Notes: generated by a model from the letters alone, not told the origin. Shown: positions 40,836-51,524, counted from the first letter of the stretch. The stretch is DNA of 64,000 nt from an uncultured Candidatus Saccharibacteria bacterium (GCA_964605735.1 CAZSDS010000001.1:480126-544125), one strand, 5' to 3'. Numbers and translations: made by a program.

Positions 40836-41662
40836 TATTTTGCTTCGTTTTTGAGATGCACCATTCTTTGAGGAATTGGGATCCTGATTCCTTCCTTATC
40901 AAAAGCGATTTTGATTCTTCTCCGCAGTTCGCCCATAACATCCCACTGCCTGATCGGCTTGGTATCTCCCAGAATTTTGATAACCACTGCTGATTCAGCG
41001 AAATCATCCACACGGTAAAATTGCGGTGGTTTGATGATATCTGCTTTCCATTTCGGGTCCTCTGCCAGTTCATGGCCTATCTCGTTTACGAGTTTGATTA
41101 CTTTTTCGAGATCCGCCGCATAGTCAACCCTGAGGTTGATATCCACTCTGGACCAAGTTTTGGTCAGGTTTGAAACTTTTTTTACCTCACCATGAGGGAC
41201 ATGATGCACTGTGCCGTTTAAGTCCCGCAAGGTAGTCATGCGCAAGCTGATGTCTTCCACGAGGCCGCAAGTGTCTCCAAAGCAAACCACGTCCCCTACT
41301 CGATACTGGTTTTCCATGATTATGAACAGCCCGCTCACCAAGTCTTTTATCAGGTACTGGCCCCCAAATCCAACTGCCAAGCCGGCCACCCCAGCCGCGG
41401 CCAGGAGAGGACCGATGTTTAAACCCATTTCAGAGAGCAGCATCATTCCAGCCGTAATCCAAACCAATATGCTTACAGTCCCCGCAATAATACGGATAAG
41501 AGTATTCTCTCTTTTTATCTCCGCCTCTTTGTCCATAGTTTCCCCGGAAACTACGCTTTTGCGAATTACCCTTTCTATCAGACGGTGGCCGAATTTATGG
41601 GCTATATATGCTCCGATAAGTATGGAGAAAACAGCAACTCCGCGTTCAAATATTTGTTCCAT
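40835..41662 (-). CDS. small-conductance mechanosensitive channel (MscS family)
   Basis: AAAGVAGLAVGFGGQ, ENQYRVGD, LRMTTLRD. Confidence 0.92.
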   Translation of the reverse strand: MEQIFERGVAVFSILIGAYIAHKFGHRLIERVIRKSVVSGETMDKEAEIKRENTLIRIIAGTVSILVWITAGMMLLSEMGLNIGPLLAAAGVAGLAVGFGGQYLIKDLVSGLFIIMENQYRVGDVVCFGDTCGLVEDISLRMTTLRDLNGTVHHVPHGEVKKVSNLTKTWSRVDINLRVDYAADLEKVIKLVNEIGHELAEDPKWKADIIKPPQFYRVDDFAESAVVIKILGDTKPIRQWDVMGELRRRIKIAFDKEGIRIPIPQRMVHLKNEAK

Positions 41663-41833
41663 GTGCTAAAAAGGTTAATGGCATGTCTGTTTATTATAGT
41701 AGTTTTTCTTCTTTGCTTAAACACTTTGACTGTGGAAAAATATTTTTCCAATGTTTTTGCTTAGAAAGTTTTTCTTTTAGTACGATTCCGGTCTCAGCAG
41801 AAAAATTGGTAATGGTAAATCTAAACTTTGGAT

Positions 41834-41959
41834 AAAACAAAAAGCACCTCTTTTGAAGAGATGCGCTTTGTTTGGCTCAACATCGTGAACAACGTTGGAA
41901 ACATACTTCAGAGGCAGAATCAGTATGTTTATATACCTGATTTACAATCTGCCCGATAA
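41834..41959. repeat. att-like junction 2 (TGGCTC at 41873) with recombinase C-terminal remnant
   Basis: hairpin, then + strand frame WLNIVNNVGNILQRQNQYVYIPDLQSAR*. Confidence 0.75.
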
Positions 41960-41960
41960 A

Positions 41961-44411
41961 TTACTTGGTAACTGTGAATACAGAACTTACTGTAAAACTC
42001 CCATCAAGATTTACTAATTGAATTTTATATTGGCCTGGTTTTACTTGAGTATCTGCTCCACCCTCAAAACTACCATTTGAATCTACAAGTTGAGCCGTCC
42101 AATATAACTGTTTAGCAGTGCTGCCAGCATATACTTGCTTCGTGCTTATATATCCCGTAAAACCGCTATTATCTGCAGGGATAAGCATCAAGTTTATTTC
42201 GCCTAACGTTGGACCGTCCCATTTAAGTAAATTGTTACCACCTTGCTTCATTGTCGTAGGGACAACAAAATTCGTAGCTTTAATGCCTGAAACATTATCG
42301 AATTTTATACTGCTTACCATTTTTAATATAGCATCTCTATCTGTTGTATTATTCCATACCACTTCTATACGCCCACAAGAAATACTAAAACTTGAATCGC
42401 ATTTAGTCCATGCAGATACTGTATCCGTAATGTAATATCTTTTCATTCCTAAGCTTCCAGAAGTCCAAGTCCTTACAGTTGCGTTTTTACCACCGACTTT
42501 TTCAGTTGATGTCGTAGGAGTTACATTTGGATTGTTTTTGAAATCAAACCCGCCTTTAGGGACTATAGCCATATAGTTTCCGTAATCAGAGGAATCTCTA
42601 CTCCATAAGTATCTGCCAGTTTGGCTTTCTAAAGCCCAATTTTTTGGTATTGATACCTGATAATGGTCATCAGTATTTATGAAAGGTATAGCATCCGAAG
42701 TGCCGCTTGTGGAATTAGAACTTTGAGGATTCCTGAAATCCAAAGGCTTTTTATACATATCACTTATATCACTGGAGGTAAGAGTTGCTTGATATTCTGC
42801 ATCTAGTCCTTTAATTTCCCAAATACCTAAATCTAAGCTTGATGCAATCAAATAAACTAAGGTATCTCCGTCCAGATCTGCAGCAACTGCCTTCATATCT
42901 GGAATATAACTATCTACTTTTTCAAGATTACTGGCGTGATATTTACTTGGTAAGCTCTGAAGAGCTTTAAATATGCGGTCTTGTCCAGCCACAGTAGAAT
43001 CGTCTGTTTTTCTATTCCAAGCAGGGTCATCAATCATAGTTAATTCAACCCTGGCCTTACCAGCCTTTTCAATATATAAAAACAATTTATCCAGATGACC
43101 TTCTAACCGCCCTTTGCACCAAATATCGTTAGGGTCATTTATGAAATCCAATAATTCTGTTGACAGTAATCCATCCTCATCTTTCAGAACAGCATAAGTG
43201 TATCCTTCCCCGCCTAATTGTGCCAGTCCAGTATTTTTGGTATCTAATACCTCTACAATCTCGAATTTCATATCTGAACGGACATAATTCACGTTATAGT
43301 ATTTATCTTTATAACGATGTGCCCCAACTGAATCAATATCACTTATACAAGACAAGTATCGATTAATTTCTTGAGCTCTTGGTGCATTCGAAGCGACTAA
43401 GTTATCTTGTTCATAAGCCATCGGTATACCAAGTGTTATAATTTTGCCGACATTAGGGTCATTCTTTTGAACTTGGTCTTTTGTTCCGCTATTAACAACA
43501 AAATAAATCGGCCATCCAACCAGTAACACTAAACCTATCCCGATAACAATTGAGGTATATTTCCAAATTTTCTTTTTTCGAATTTGTTCTGGAGTAAGCT
43601 CAGGTGCTGCTGGGACTGGAATTGATTGGCTAGGATTATTCGGGTCAACCATCATCGTAGGTGCAACAATCATTTGTTGTTTCAACAAGCCCCTAAAGTA
43701 AGCGTAGACTAAGGCAACTGGCCCCAAGAAAGGTAAGATAAAAAAGAATGGAAGGAAAAGTATAAATAAATTGAACGCTGCAATTTGAGAAGAGAAAGAA
43801 CCCGAAGTAAATGAAAGTGAAGTAAGTATTCTAAACAGCTCGACAACTACGACAAACAAACCCGTCCAAACTACTAATAAAGAACGGCTCCATTTTTTCC
43901 AGAAATAAAACAGTATCAAAAGCGAAATAACAAAATCTGTGAACGACAAAATTTTAGTTACCAAAGCTTGTCCTAGAAAAACTCTACTTAATATGCCATT
44001 AGCAATGTAATAAACCAAATAAGCATTCCCGATAGTAACCAAAATTAAAACGATTATCTTTTCAATACTTTCTAGTAATCTAGGCTTCGGTTGATTTATT
44101 TCGATTGGTTCTGGATTTTTTCTATATTTTATATAGTAAGCAATACATCCAATTATATAACCATATATAAGCTGCCCCAATAAAGGAGTTAAAAACAATG
44201 TTAACAATCCACCCTTCTTAAACAAAAGAGCGGCTCCTACGCCGCTCCAAAAGAAACCCCCAACAAAAGCTTGGACAATTATACTTGAAACTATATTACC
44301 TTTAGGTAGAACCGCTGCTAAAGAAAACCCAACTATCATTAAGATAATTGCAGTTGCAAAAGCCCAAGCTATCCTGTGTTTGGTTGGCTTAAAGGCTTGT
44401 TTTATTGTCAT
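41961..44411 (-). CDS. large multi-TM protein with extracellular domains
   Basis: 816-aa AT-rich ORF with many N-terminal TM helices. Confidence 0.75.
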   Translation of the reverse strand: MTIKQAFKPTKHRIAWAFATAIILMIVGFSLAAVLPKGNIVSSIIVQAFVGGFFWSGVGAALLFKKGGLLTLFLTPLLGQLIYGYIIGCIAYYIKYRKNPEPIEINQPKPRLLESIEKIIVLILVTIGNAYLVYYIANGILSRVFLGQALVTKILSFTDFVISLLILFYFWKKWSRSLLVVWTGLFVVVVELFRILTSLSFTSGSFSSQIAAFNLFILFLPFFFILPFLGPVALVYAYFRGLLKQQMIVAPTMMVDPNNPSQSIPVPAAPELTPEQIRKKKIWKYTSIVIGIGLVLLVGWPIYFVVNSGTKDQVQKNDPNVGKIITLGIPMAYEQDNLVASNAPRAQEINRYLSCISDIDSVGAHRYKDKYYNVNYVRSDMKFEIVEVLDTKNTGLAQLGGEGYTYAVLKDEDGLLSTELLDFINDPNDIWCKGRLEGHLDKLFLYIEKAGKARVELTMIDDPAWNRKTDDSTVAGQDRIFKALQSLPSKYHASNLEKVDSYIPDMKAVAADLDGDTLVYLIASSLDLGIWEIKGLDAEYQATLTSSDISDMYKKPLDFRNPQSSNSTSGTSDAIPFINTDDHYQVSIPKNWALESQTGRYLWSRDSSDYGNYMAIVPKGGFDFKNNPNVTPTTSTEKVGGKNATVRTWTSGSLGMKRYYITDTVSAWTKCDSSFSISCGRIEVVWNNTTDRDAILKMVSSIKFDNVSGIKATNFVVPTTMKQGGNNLLKWDGPTLGEINLMLIPADNSGFTGYISTKQVYAGSTAKQLYWTAQLVDSNGSFEGGADTQVKPGQYKIQLVNLDGSFTVSSVFTVTK

Positions 44412-44476
44412 TTTGTTTCATTGTAATTTAATGATGCCTTTTGCTCATTCTAGCGGAAAACTGAGCAGAACGCTAG

Positions 44477-44652
44477 TTGGAACTAACCGAGAAAACTTTT
44501 GAGTTAGCTACTTACGCCACAAAGTATTTATTACTACCAAAGGTAAAGAAGGGTTAGAACTCAAGAAAGAAATTCTATTGGCTTTAGGTCCAACCCCAAT
44601 AGTAATAAACAAAGAACCAACCATTGAACCGAATGAATGGTTTGTTCCTATC
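44477..44652 (+). pseudogene. serine recombinase C-terminal fragment (frameshifted)
   Basis: LELTEKTFELATYA / KKEILLALG...IEPNEWFVPI aligns by eye with AEQTFTFAHEA / QREILLALG of 52495-54228. Confidence 0.7.
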
Positions 44653-44845
44653 ATACTCCATATCTGACCCCACTATCACTGTTCCCTATGAAGTTGACCT
44701 CGTTACCCTCTTTCAATTCACCATCCATATATGTTCCTGGATCAATAATACTAGACCAGTCCCGGAAAGTCGTATCACTCCAAAGCACTTCCCACACTTT
44801 TTCTCTAGAAGCGTTTATTTCAATAGAATGTTGCATTTTATTCAT
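44651..44845 (-). pseudogene. 3'-truncated SRPBCC paralog of 38459-38923
   Basis: close match to the N-terminal 64 aa, ending at GVRYGV*. Confidence 0.8.
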
Positions 44846-44861
44846 ACACTAATGATACACT

Positions 44862-45494
44862 TTAGAATAGATTGTCCGCTACGGATCTCAACCATGCTTT
44901 CGAGTACTCAACATCCTGCCTGGTCAACCCATGTCCTGCAGCTATTTTTTTAACTTCAGCGTCAGCTCCTTTAGCAGTCAATGCTTTGGTTAACTTATCC
45001 GTGTCTTCAGACCCTACCATTTCATCCATTAGTCCTGACAATATTAAAACTTTTGTTTGAGTCAACGGTGGCATTTTTTTGGACAAAGCCTCAGACATGG
45101 GCCTGAAAAGAATACCCATTTTCAAAACCTCTGGTTTGTCAGTCATCAAATGAAGAGCAATATTGGCTCCATTGGAATAACCTACGGCAACAAGGCCGTT
45201 TAGGCTAAACCCGTAAGTTTTTGAACTTTCGACGATAAAATTTGCAAGCTCGTTTGAACGTTTCTCTAAATCCTTAAAATCAAATACACCTGGTGACAGC
45301 CTTTTGAAAAACCTTGGCATGCCATCTTCTATAACTTGCCCTCGCGGACTGAGGATGTTAGCACTAAAATCTAAGTCCTCACCCAATGGGACCAAGTCAT
45401 GTTCGTTTCCACCCGTGCCGTGCAGCAACAATAAAGTCAGTGGACTTTTTTTATCTATATAGATATGTTCGAAACCTTGAATCGCTTTATTCAT
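44862..45494 (-). CDS. alpha/beta hydrolase (MhqD-like carboxylesterase)
   Basis: LHGTGGNE, GYSNGANIA, GHGL. Confidence 0.88.
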   Translation of the reverse strand: MNKAIQGFEHIYIDKKSPLTLLLLHGTGGNEHDLVPLGEDLDFSANILSPRGQVIEDGMPRFFKRLSPGVFDFKDLEKRSNELANFIVESSKTYGFSLNGLVAVGYSNGANIALHLMTDKPEVLKMGILFRPMSEALSKKMPPLTQTKVLILSGLMDEMVGSEDTDKLTKALTAKGADAEVKKIAAGHGLTRQDVEYSKAWLRSVADNLF

Positions 45495-46440
45495 TTTTAG
45501 GCAATATCAATTTAGGCAAAACTTTTTCTATTTCACTACGATGCGGTTCATACAGTGGTGTTAGGCTTAAGGATGTGCCTAGTTTTTCTTCCGGCTCGTC
45601 TATGGTGAACCCTGGACCATCTGTAGCTATTTCGAACAACACTCCACCCGGTTCATGAAAATAAATTGATTGAAAATATGTTCTGTCTATGATCGGTGAA
45701 ACGTTTGCTCCAATGCCGGATAATTTTTTGTGCCATTGCTCTTGCACCGTACCATCCTTAACCCGAAAAGCCACATGGTGGATAATTCCTGTGCCCATGC
45801 TGCCGGGAAAAAAATCAGGAGCCTCTCTAACATCTATGAAAGTACCCAAACCACTTTCCGGCAAAGAATACCTGTAGGTATTTTCGGTTTGCCCTAGCAG
45901 TTGATACCCCATCATTTCACGAAGAAACTTGTCCGTATCCTCAAAGCCATCTTCTAATAAAGTAACCGAATAAAAACCTCGGATAGCGTGCTCTGTTGGG
46001 ACGCCGTAACCGGCAAAAACTTTTTTATTCACGGTTTTATTGTCAGCCACAAGTTCAAGCAATATATCATCCGGGTCCCTAAAACTTATATAGTTATCAA
46101 TAAACCTGGTACCCTTATTTTTTTCAAATGGGATACCCTTAGCAGTAAGTCGCCCGATCCAAAATTCCATTGAGCTCTCGGGAATTGAGAAGGAAATAGT
46201 AAATGCCTGGTTAACACCCTTTTGACCTTTCCTGCCACCTTCCCAAGCAAAAAAAGTTAAAGCCGTGCCAGGAGAGCCCACTGAATCACCAAAATACAAA
46301 TGATAAGTGCCAGGATCATCCTGGTTTACAGACAATTTTACAAACTTCAAGCCTAAAACCTGTGTGTAGAAGTCTATATTACGTTGCGCGTTATTTGTTA
46401 TGGCTGTTATATGATGCAAACCTAAAATTGTGTCTTTCAT
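45487..46440 (-). CDS. ring-cleaving dioxygenase (MhqO/MhqE-like VOC)
   Basis: GLHHITA, YHLYFGD, HHVAFR, EPGGVLFEIAT. Confidence 0.92.
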   Translation of the reverse strand: MKDTILGLHHITAITNNAQRNIDFYTQVLGLKFVKLSVNQDDPGTYHLYFGDSVGSPGTALTFFAWEGGRKGQKGVNQAFTISFSIPESSMEFWIGRLTAKGIPFEKNKGTRFIDNYISFRDPDDILLELVADNKTVNKKVFAGYGVPTEHAIRGFYSVTLLEDGFEDTDKFLREMMGYQLLGQTENTYRYSLPESGLGTFIDVREAPDFFPGSMGTGIIHHVAFRVKDGTVQEQWHKKLSGIGANVSPIIDRTYFQSIYFHEPGGVLFEIATDGPGFTIDEPEEKLGTSLSLTPLYEPHRSEIEKVLPKLILPKNE

Positions 46441-46495
46441 ATACTCATGAGTATACCCCTGGTTTTAATAAAAATGAAGCAATATTTTTCTCTAA

Positions 46496-46615
46496 AATAA
46501 AAAAACGTCCGACCACAAGGGTCAGACATTTTTCTTTGGCTCAACATCGGTGGACAATGTTAGAGCTAATATCCAAAACAAGAACAGTATATTTATGTAC
46601 CTGACTTAAGTAATG
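46496..46615. repeat. att-like junction 3 (TGGCTC at 46537) with recombinase C-terminal remnant
   Basis: hairpin; TTTGGCTCAACATCG shared with junction 2; degenerate WLNI-VDNVR...YIYVPDL. Confidence 0.75.
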
Positions 46616-47021
46616 TTAACCAAAGTATCCCGCACTAAACAGAGATAAAAATGCAAATATTGCTAATAAAACAACTATTGTCCAAAGCACATATCTTAGC
46701 AAGTTATTCTTACCAGTGTTTTGAATACCTGAAGAGAAAAATCCAATTATAGTAAGGGTTGGAATAAGCACAAAGGCTCCGAAAAATGCATAAGGCGAAA
46801 GTAATGAATGAACAATAAATTGAATTCGAGAACAAGTGCTAAGTACTAGAAGTCCATAAGTAGTTATTGGTGCATTTCCCTGAATAAGACGTAATTCCAA
46901 TTACAACACATACAACTAACAATAGGACAAGATATGTCATAAAACCTTTTACAAAACCATCAAATAACCTGTTTTCTGAAGATGGTTTCTGGGAAACTGG
47001 ATTGTCTATGTTTGTTTCCAT
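46616..47021 (-). pseudogene. frameshifted three-TM membrane protein
   Basis: two overlapping ORFs join (WTSSTCSRIQF) if one copy of the 7-nt near-duplication TAGTACT/TAGCACT is removed. Confidence 0.6.
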
Positions 47022-47081
47022 ATATTTTTTCTTTAGCGTAAGCATATCACAGGCATAATTCTAGCGTCCACACACTTGAAC

Positions 47082-47188
47082 AAAAAACACCAATAAACAT
47101 TGGTGTCCTTTGTTGGCTCCGAATCGTGGACGATATTAGAACGTACTATATGCAAATAGGTAGTGCGTCTTATTCTGGAATGCTTTGA
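47082..47188. repeat. att junction 4 (TGGCTC at 47114), distal end of the intact element
   Basis: ACACCAAT/ATTGGTGT hairpin, then WLRIVDDIRTYYMQ... on the + strand. Confidence 0.8.
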
Positions 47189-48477
47189 TCTTGTGAAGGA
47201 ATATCCTCCCATTCTCCTTTATCATTTTTTCTCCTATTCATAACTTCGGGAGGAAAACGGGTCCACTTACCTTTCTTACCTCTAACCATTCGTTTTATTA
47301 CAATGTGTCTAGCTTGATCAGAATCAAGAATGTTATTAGGTTCTGGCGCACTTTTTGCCTGTCGTTCAAACTCCCGAATTTTATTCATAAGTTCTTCGGA
47401 TGCTTTTGTCTTTGGAGGAGGTCCATCATTCAATTTTCTTTGTCTCCAATCTTTTGCCATGTATTTGTCCCATAAACCACAAATCATGAATGAACCATCT
47501 TGCGGCGGAAACATAGCAAAACTTGAAACGCCTTTTGCTTTGGTCTCATCAGATAACGCATTGTAATGTTGATCTAATGCTTTAAGGTCAGCTTTAAGAT
47601 CAGGGCCAGCAATGAAGGTTTGATCATCACGGACAAAATACGGGGCAACCTGCTGATGTAATTTATCACTCGAAGTAAATACCTTGCAGAATGGCAAGTA
47701 ATAAAGATAGGCCATGTCAATTTTATGGCTCTGTCGACCTCTTCCAATCAAATCAGAGGCAATGGCAAGATAAAAAAACATATCAACCGACAAAACATAA
47801 GCAAAGTAAGGCGCAAACTTTCTAATGGGTGGCGTTCCTAAATTTTTCCAGCGTTCTAATACAAGTTTTTGAGAATGAAAAGGAATACCAATTAGCCACA
47901 TTCCAAATACCAGCATGTGTTCTTTATTTGGTCCATCAATAAGTCCATCAGTTAAAGACTTAATCTCGCTTAAATTTTTAGGTTTGCCGGAGTTAAAAAA
48001 TTGCTGAAATAAAAGATATTTATCTTCAAGATTGATATTGGATAAAGCCGCTCGCCATCCTTTTGCGTGCAAGCGCTCAATTTCCATAAAATCTCCATCT
48101 TGCCATCTTTCAAAGGCTTCTTCCTCGGGCGACTGCTCAAACATAATTCCATAGCCTTCCTCTGTTTCTACATGCTTGCCACCACCGATTATTGGTCGAC
48201 CACTCATTTCAACATTCCCTTGGCCGGTCAATTCTCCGGCCAAAAGTGTCTGATGATGGACACCCGGCCGCGCACTCATATCAGGAGTTTTGTAAGCAAG
48301 GCTTCCTACAACTTCTTCTGGTTTTCGTCCAGACTTAATTTCTTTTTCCAGATCAGCAAGGGTCTCAATGAAAAATAATGGAGTAATGTTGCTATTGAAA
48401 AAATTATCAAGCCACATTGCTTCGTCAGGATTCAAACTTTGAAGAAATGATTTATCAAAAATTAGACTTGGACCCAT
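47170..48477 (-). CDS. hypothetical protein, possible PIN-like nuclease
   Basis: LIFDKSFL...IETLAD...IDMAY...FTSSDK acidic pattern. Confidence 0.6.
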   Translation of the reverse strand: MGPSLIFDKSFLQSLNPDEAMWLDNFFNSNITPLFFIETLADLEKEIKSGRKPEEVVGSLAYKTPDMSARPGVHHQTLLAGELTGQGNVEMSGRPIIGGGKHVETEEGYGIMFEQSPEEEAFERWQDGDFMEIERLHAKGWRAALSNINLEDKYLLFQQFFNSGKPKNLSEIKSLTDGLIDGPNKEHMLVFGMWLIGIPFHSQKLVLERWKNLGTPPIRKFAPYFAYVLSVDMFFYLAIASDLIGRGRQSHKIDMAYLYYLPFCKVFTSSDKLHQQVAPYFVRDDQTFIAGPDLKADLKALDQHYNALSDETKAKGVSSFAMFPPQDGSFMICGLWDKYMAKDWRQRKLNDGPPPKTKASEELMNKIREFERQAKSAPEPNNILDSDQARHIVIKRMVRGKKGKWTRFPPEVMNRRKNDKGEWEDIPSQDQSIPE

Positions 48478-48478
48478 A

Positions 48479-49228
48479 TCACGGGATCTCCTTTTGCAGA
48501 TATCTGCTTAAAATACGTTTTCCATGTTCTTCCGGAATATGTATAACTCGCAATTCCCCGGATTCACTAATTGCTGCCTCTATGACCCACGGACGCATGG
48601 AAGAAGTTAACGGAGATATTACAAAGATGTAAAGCATTCCGCTAATTAGGAAATTATATCCAATAACGCCGGATTCCATTCTGATTTTTTTAGGTTCTGA
48701 AATTAGCTCCTTGGGCAATGAAGCGTGTTTAGTATAACTGTTGATTATACAAGGAAAAAGATCACTTGGTCCGGGATCCTCTTCCACCAACATTTTACGA
48801 ACTACTTCTTCGTATTTTCCAAGTGATACTAAACCAAAGAATGGTCGTTTTGAAATACTTGCCCTCCATAGTATGGACAATAGAAACAGTTTGAACTTTT
48901 TGTAATCAATTCCAGTCGCAAATGTAAACTCTACTCCATGTTGATTCTTTTGATTCTCAAATCTGATATTGACGCCTTTTGGGAGTTTCCCACCGTAGAG
49001 AATAAGTCTTCCATAGGTTTCGAACTTACTTAATTTCGCCTCACAATCCCTGCAGAGAATCCCAGCTTCGAATTCGCCTGTATGAAGTTTCCTCTCCTTA
49101 TCCCAATCATCCGATTTGAATCTAATTAAGCTATGGTTTTCATCGAAAATATCAGAATACATAAAATCAGGAATGATATGGGACTTGTTAACTAATTGTT
49201 TATCGCAAAGACAAAGTTTACAAATCAT
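48479..49228 (-). CDS. HNH-like zinc-finger nuclease
   Basis: CKLC...SHIIP...LCRDCE. Confidence 0.7.
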   Translation of the reverse strand: MICKLCLCDKQLVNKSHIIPDFMYSDIFDENHSLIRFKSDDWDKERKLHTGEFEAGILCRDCEAKLSKFETYGRLILYGGKLPKGVNIRFENQKNQHGVEFTFATGIDYKKFKLFLLSILWRASISKRPFFGLVSLGKYEEVVRKMLVEEDPGPSDLFPCIINSYTKHASLPKELISEPKKIRMESGVIGYNFLISGMLYIFVISPLTSSMRPWVIEAAISESGELRVIHIPEEHGKRILSRYLQKEIP

Positions 49229-50844
49229 AATAATCGCTCCTGTTCTTCTGACATCGGGACTTGCAGATCGTCTTTGTAGAATTCCTTAAATTTTTTATCC
49301 AAGAAGTTCGGAGAGGGTTTTAGGTTATTCTCCTTAAACGCTTTTGATATTTCAGCAGATACTCCGGAAGCCGGATTTTGATTTGCCCTTTTTGCTACTT
49401 CGTCAATCTCGATATAGTCTTTGACGTAGTAGTAGTTTTCTAATTCTTCCACGGAAAATAAAGTATATTCAAAGTCTTTAATCCCTGGACATTTGCTATC
49501 CATGCCTTCTAAGGCTTTTTTGATATCTTCTTGGTAGATAGTGGTTGAAACAAGCGGGATATCATAGAAAATACCTACGCAAGTTAGCTTCTTTTTTTCA
49601 AAGCCTTTTAGTTCCGGATATTTGCCAACATCCGAACACCTATCATACATTTGTTTGATAGTTTTTGTTATTTTTTCAAAAACTTCTTTCCTAATTAAAT
49701 CAGGATCTCCTGTTTGCAATGTGCCTAATGGGAACTGATAACCTTTCGCTTCAAAGAGTAAAATATTTTCATCTTTATGAACTATCCAGTCAAAAAAAGT
49801 CTTCTTATCTTTTTTTGTGCCATAAGGGATACCACGCATAACAGCACTTTCTCCATACATGTCCTTCAATACCATCCCAACATACTCTTCAAACAATAAA
49901 CCGAAGTAATCACGGAATGTTTTTCCAATTGCATTTTCGAAGATCCAATACAAGCCCCTAAATGCGCCTTTAACATAAGCGCTAATGCTCGGTGCGATAT
50001 AATCATTTACGCCCAGTTTTACAATTGGTTTTTCCCATAATGGGTTATATCGATTCTTGGTGTATTCAGGTTGTAATTTTGCATTATATTTCTGATCGAG
50101 ATTGCGTAGTTCTTCTGGACTCCCAGCAAGCAGCGCTAAGATCGCATTTACTTTTTCGTCAGTAAGAACTTCGGCTAAACCTCCTTGGATAGTTGATCCG
50201 GTAAACTTACCCATATTGAATCTTGGCGAATTCATAATCGCCGCAAAAATAGCGAACGATAATTTAACGTATTCTTGTATGCTCATACCAAATTTTTCAA
50301 AAAGGATTTTGTCCAAATTGATTTGACTGTTTATGTTAATTTGGGCTGACTGAAAAATAAGCAACTGTCGCGTAAAAGCATCTTTGATATCTTGCTGACT
50401 ACTAAACTGCTGGTATGTCATAGGGACCAGTAAAGCTGCTATCCCTTTTTTGTTTATTGGTTGGACAAGGGTGCTGAAATAGATATTAAATAATGCTAAG
50501 ACATCATCCTTATTTTTTATGCTTAAACTTTTATGGTTATTGGAGCCAGAAATGAGTAATATATTGCTAATGTATTCAATTGCGAAATCAGTAAGAAATA
50601 AGCCGGTAAGTTTGTGGATTGCAAAGCCAACCTTTTCTTTTTTAATGGCAGAATTTTCATGAAAATTATTATCAAAAAGTTTGTTTGAAATATCCCCTAA
50701 AATTGATAGCGCCTCGTCCAGCTTGTACCCTTTCAAGGCATTACAAAACTCCTCCTGAGATACTGTCAGTTCGGGCTTGTTGCATAACGCTGATAGTCTT
50801 GGTTCAGCTTCCAGAATGTATTTACCTTGTTGATCCCTGAACAT
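49225..50844 (-). CDS. hypothetical protein with PD-(D/E)xK-like nuclease domain
   Basis: FEEYV...FDWIV...LFEAK...IKQ. Confidence 0.65.
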   Translation of the reverse strand: MFRDQQGKYILEAEPRLSALCNKPELTVSQEEFCNALKGYKLDEALSILGDISNKLFDNNFHENSAIKKEKVGFAIHKLTGLFLTDFAIEYISNILLISGSNNHKSLSIKNKDDVLALFNIYFSTLVQPINKKGIAALLVPMTYQQFSSQQDIKDAFTRQLLIFQSAQININSQINLDKILFEKFGMSIQEYVKLSFAIFAAIMNSPRFNMGKFTGSTIQGGLAEVLTDEKVNAILALLAGSPEELRNLDQKYNAKLQPEYTKNRYNPLWEKPIVKLGVNDYIAPSISAYVKGAFRGLYWIFENAIGKTFRDYFGLLFEEYVGMVLKDMYGESAVMRGIPYGTKKDKKTFFDWIVHKDENILLFEAKGYQFPLGTLQTGDPDLIRKEVFEKITKTIKQMYDRCSDVGKYPELKGFEKKKLTCVGIFYDIPLVSTTIYQEDIKKALEGMDSKCPGIKDFEYTLFSVEELENYYYVKDYIEIDEVAKRANQNPASGVSAEISKAFKENNLKPSPNFLDKKFKEFYKDDLQVPMSEEQERLL

Positions 50845-50977
50845 AAAATTAACGTTTATTCCTTATATTTTAGCATTTTGCAGCACTTAATTAAATCAGC
50901 TATAACTGTTATAATTTACTCACAATTCATAGTAGCCTAAACCGAACAGAAATGGTCGGCATGGCGAAAAAAGTCCC

Positions 50978-51220
50978 ATGGAAGATACTGAACCCTACGT
51001 TCAGCGCTCTTCCATGGGCCATGCCGGGAAACTGGCATGGGGACCGCAAGGTCCCGGCTGGCGTGGGGCTTTGTGTTTTACGCCGGCAGAAAGGATAAAA
51101 ACCCATGGATATCATTTGGGGAATCATAGTTCCGGTGTTGATAGGACTTATCGCTTACGGCCTCACCAAAGGCCTAAAATGGCTCGCTGGGCGATCAAAG
51201 ATCTTCAAAAAGGTAATTGA
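50978..51220 (+). CDS. small hypothetical protein
   Basis: 80-aa ORF, no recognisable motif. Confidence 0.3.
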   Translation: MEDTEPYVQRSSMGHAGKLAWGPQGPGWRGALCFTPAERIKTHGYHLGNHSSGVDRTYRLRPHQRPKMARWAIKDLQKGN

Positions 51221-51524
51221 TCTGGCTGAAAGACCGATTGGGAAAAAATAGGTGCACATCCGTTCATCTTGACGGCAAAAAGATAAACATTTACGATTAA
51301 TCTAACAATTGAAAAAGTCTTGTTTAGTTATTAGGAATTGATTGCTGTCAGCAATCGGGACAAAAGCCCTTACCCAATGACTACGTTCAAAAATGACTCA
51401 ACTGGTATAACAGTTGGCTAAACAAGTATCTTGAATAAAGATCGGCACAAAAGCCCATAAATTTGAGAATTACAATTTGTAATTCTGAGGTTTATGGGTT
51501 TTTTGGTTTTTTAACCTAAAATTT

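Noticed and set aside
40774-47188. Classical integron attC sites or CRISPR repeats
   Set aside because: No RYYYAAC/GTTRRRY pairs and no tyrosine integrase; repeats are kb apart and degenerate; no cas genes.
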